A program made the translations under genes and the position numbers. DNA of 63,893 bases, the filler included, from Candidatus Desantisbacteria bacterium CG1_02_49_89 (lineage in GTDB: Bacteria > Desantisbacteria > UBA1551): NCBI GenBank assembly GCA_001871075.1. It is 3 parts of 3 records of this genome, joined end to end, with 100 filler letters (N's around TTAATTAATTAA, not from the genome) between each part and the next. Parts side by side here need not be neighbours in the genome. Positions count along the whole stretch, not along the records: positions 58,437 to 63,893 come from MNUP01000119.1; 2 more parts are not named here. One strand, written 5' to 3'. The notes under the pieces were generated by a model. The model was not told where the DNA came from. It searched no databases and saw only the letters and a list, made by a program, of their open reading frames with translations. Positions 62,144 through 63,893 of this stretch are shown piece by piece. Every line of letters begins with the position of its first letter. The first letter of the stretch is position 1.

Positions 62144-63076
62144 TTATTCTATACTGTCTATTTCCAGTATGCCGGCCAGCGCCAGCTTTGTTGCCAGGAA
62201 CACATTTTCAATGTCAACCCTGTCAGCAGAGTCACCTTCTTTGTGGTATTCGGGGTCAGCGTAGGGATAGGAACCGAACAGGGCGATAGCCGCGGTATAT
62301 CCCGCCTTAACAAACGAGCCGTCATCGTCCCCGGGCGCCTGCCTCTTGTATTCCGTGTGCTTCAGGCCTATGCCGTAGTCGGTGTTGGCTTTTGTCACGA
62401 TCTCCGCGAGCCTTTTTCCGTCCGGCTCGGTGGTGTAAAGCACGGCGCTTGTTTTGTTTCCCGCGTCAATGTCCGCCTGGGATTTCCCGCCGATAGTGTC
62501 AATGTTAAAAACGGTTGTGATATTATCGCCGCGCGCCTTCGCCCTTTCTGCCGCGGCAACACTTGTCCAGGGCACGTGTTCCTCGTTGCAGAAGACAAAC
62601 CATATCGAATGCCTTGCCCGGTAATCTTGCAGGACGCGGCTTATTTCAAGGCTTGCGACTGTCCCGGTGGCGTTGTCATAAGCCGCGGGAGAATCAACCC
62701 AGCTCTGGGAATCCTTGTGGGAAATGACAACCATGATCTTTTCAGGGAACTCAACCCCTTTCTTTCTGGCGTAAATGTTATAAGCGGTATGCCAGGGTGA
62801 TTCAGCGGGGGGGAATGAATACTGGTGGGATTTTGGCTTGGATTCGTCCCTTGAGAACGCCTTTACCTTTAATTCTTCTTTTTCAACCGTGTACCCGTAT
62901 TCCTCAAGCCTTGCCTGCAGGAAATCGTCTGCTTCATCCAGGGTGTTCTTGCTGTGGCCCGGAACCGTATAGTTCACCTTGCGGAAAGGCAGGGGGTCTT
63001 TCGCGATATAGTATAAGTGTTTTTTGAGATTTTCTGAGCTTACTTTTTTTAGCATTTCCGAAATTGCTTCATTCAT
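62144..63076 (-). CDS. M28 family metallopeptidase
   Basis: SH.DS, A.DNATG, NEE, N.D.IG, DD.SF, YH..D. Start at ATG 63076 after a G-rich RBS. Confidence 0.87.
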   Translation of the reverse strand: MNEAISEMLKKVSSENLKKHLYYIAKDPLPFRKVNYTVPGHSKNTLDEADDFLQARLEEYGYTVEKEELKVKAFSRDESKPKSHQYSFPPAESPWHTAYNIYARKKGVEFPEKIMVVISHKDSQSWVDSPAAYDNATGTVASLEISRVLQDYRARHSIWFVFCNEEHVPWTSVAAAERAKARGDNITTVFNIDTIGGKSQADIDAGNKTSAVLYTTEPDGKRLAEIVTKANTDYGIGLKHTEYKRQAPGDDDGSFVKAGYTAAIALFGSYPYADPEYHKEGDSADRVDIENVFLATKLALAGILEIDSIE

Positions 63077-63219
63077 ATTCCCCCCTTTGATATACGGCCG
63101 CAAATGTATTTGTTTCGCGGTTTCGAAGCTTAAAGGTTTCGCGTTTAAAAAATTTCAGTACCTTCACCGGCAAAATCCGTGTTTACCCGTGTGCATCCGT
63201 GGTTATTCGTTTGGCCTGC

Positions 63220-63552
63220 TCACGCCCATTTGCGGAACATAAAGAACGCGGCGGCAACCATAAAAAGGAACCCGACTACGTAGTTCCACCTGAAAGGTTC
63301 TTTGAGATATGTAACCGAAAAAACGGCGAACACGATAAGCGTGATGATCTCCTGTATGGTTTTCAGCTGAGCGGCTGAGAACTGGTAGTGCCCGATGCGG
63401 TTCGCAGGCACCTGGAAGCAGTATTCGACGAACGCGATAAGCCAGCTTACCAGGATTGCTATCCACAAAGGCGAGTCCTTGTATTTCAGGTGCCCGTACC
63501 ACGCTATCGTCATAAATATATTTGAGATCAAAAGCAGTATGACCGTCTTCAT
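63220..63552 (-). CDS. DMT family membrane protein (DUF486)
   Basis: SN.FMT.AWYGHL, EYC.QVPANRIG, QLK.IQE.ITL. Confidence 0.92.
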   Translation of the reverse strand: MKTVILLLISNIFMTIAWYGHLKYKDSPLWIAILVSWLIAFVEYCFQVPANRIGHYQFSAAQLKTIQEIITLIVFAVFSVTYLKEPFRWNYVVGFLFMVAAAFFMFRKWA

Positions 63553-63693
63553 TTCTCCTCCATTGTATTTGCTGGATGCTGAAAGCTGAATGCTGAATGT
63601 AATAATCCGTGGTTGAAATATATTTGTTTCGGGTTTCGTGGAAAAATCTCCGTGCCTCCGTGTCTCCGTGGTTTATCGTGTGTAATCGCGTGG

Positions 63694-63893
63694 TTACGAT
63701 AAGCTTTTAAGGAAATCCGGGTCAACGCCTGCCGCGTACACCTGCGGAACGCCTGTCCTGTCAGAATTGAATATTACCCGCTTGTTGTCAGAGGTCAGGT
63801 AGGGGTGGACATGCGACCAGTCAGCGAAATTAAGAGAAACCGAAGTTTTTGAGTCGCACAGCACCTTGTACCTGCCTGTTTTTATGCTGCCTA
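63694..63893 (-). CDS. C-terminus of an oligogalacturonate-lyase/TolB-like beta-propeller protein (partial)
   Basis: Manual translation: ..SHVHPYLTSDNKRVIFNSDRTGVPQVYAA..LS*. Confidence 0.7.
   Translation of the reverse strand, partial: GSIKTGRYKVLCDSKTSVSLNFADWSHVHPYLTSDNKRVIFNSDRTGVPQVYAAGVDPDFLKSLS

Overview
This bacterial window, probably from a metagenome-assembled genome, consists of three contigs joined by artificial N/TTAATTAATTAA linkers (31489-31588, 58337-58436). Contig 1 carries the end of a polysaccharide cluster, tRNA-Lys, a ~4,300-aa modular surface glycoside-hydrolase/adhesin whose signal peptide sits one base out of frame, small accessory genes, a RelBE-type toxin-antitoxin pair, tRNA-Glu, a DUF1998 helicase-exonuclease fusion, AmmeMemoRadiSam B and a HIT protein. 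Contig 2 is mostly minus-strand housekeeping (ilvBN, ilvD, fmt, tsaBE, thiL, scpAB, trpS, nadE, an ABC transporter, yifB/comM), with an AT-rich HEAT-repeat insert splitting ilvB from ilvN. Contig 3 opens with a probable IS end followed by Fe-S/AKR/peptidase genes. The most striking signal is non-genic. Most intergenic spaces are built from several families of 20-80 bp palindromic micro-elements and 7-9-mer tandem repeats that insert into one another, and empty and filled sites can both be read in the window. The same elements sit in-frame inside conserved genes (thiL at five places, tsaB three, fmt two, scpB, tsaE, the helicase and the giant protein). No candidate mobilising enzyme is encoded in the window. 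All calls were made by eye, without database searches.
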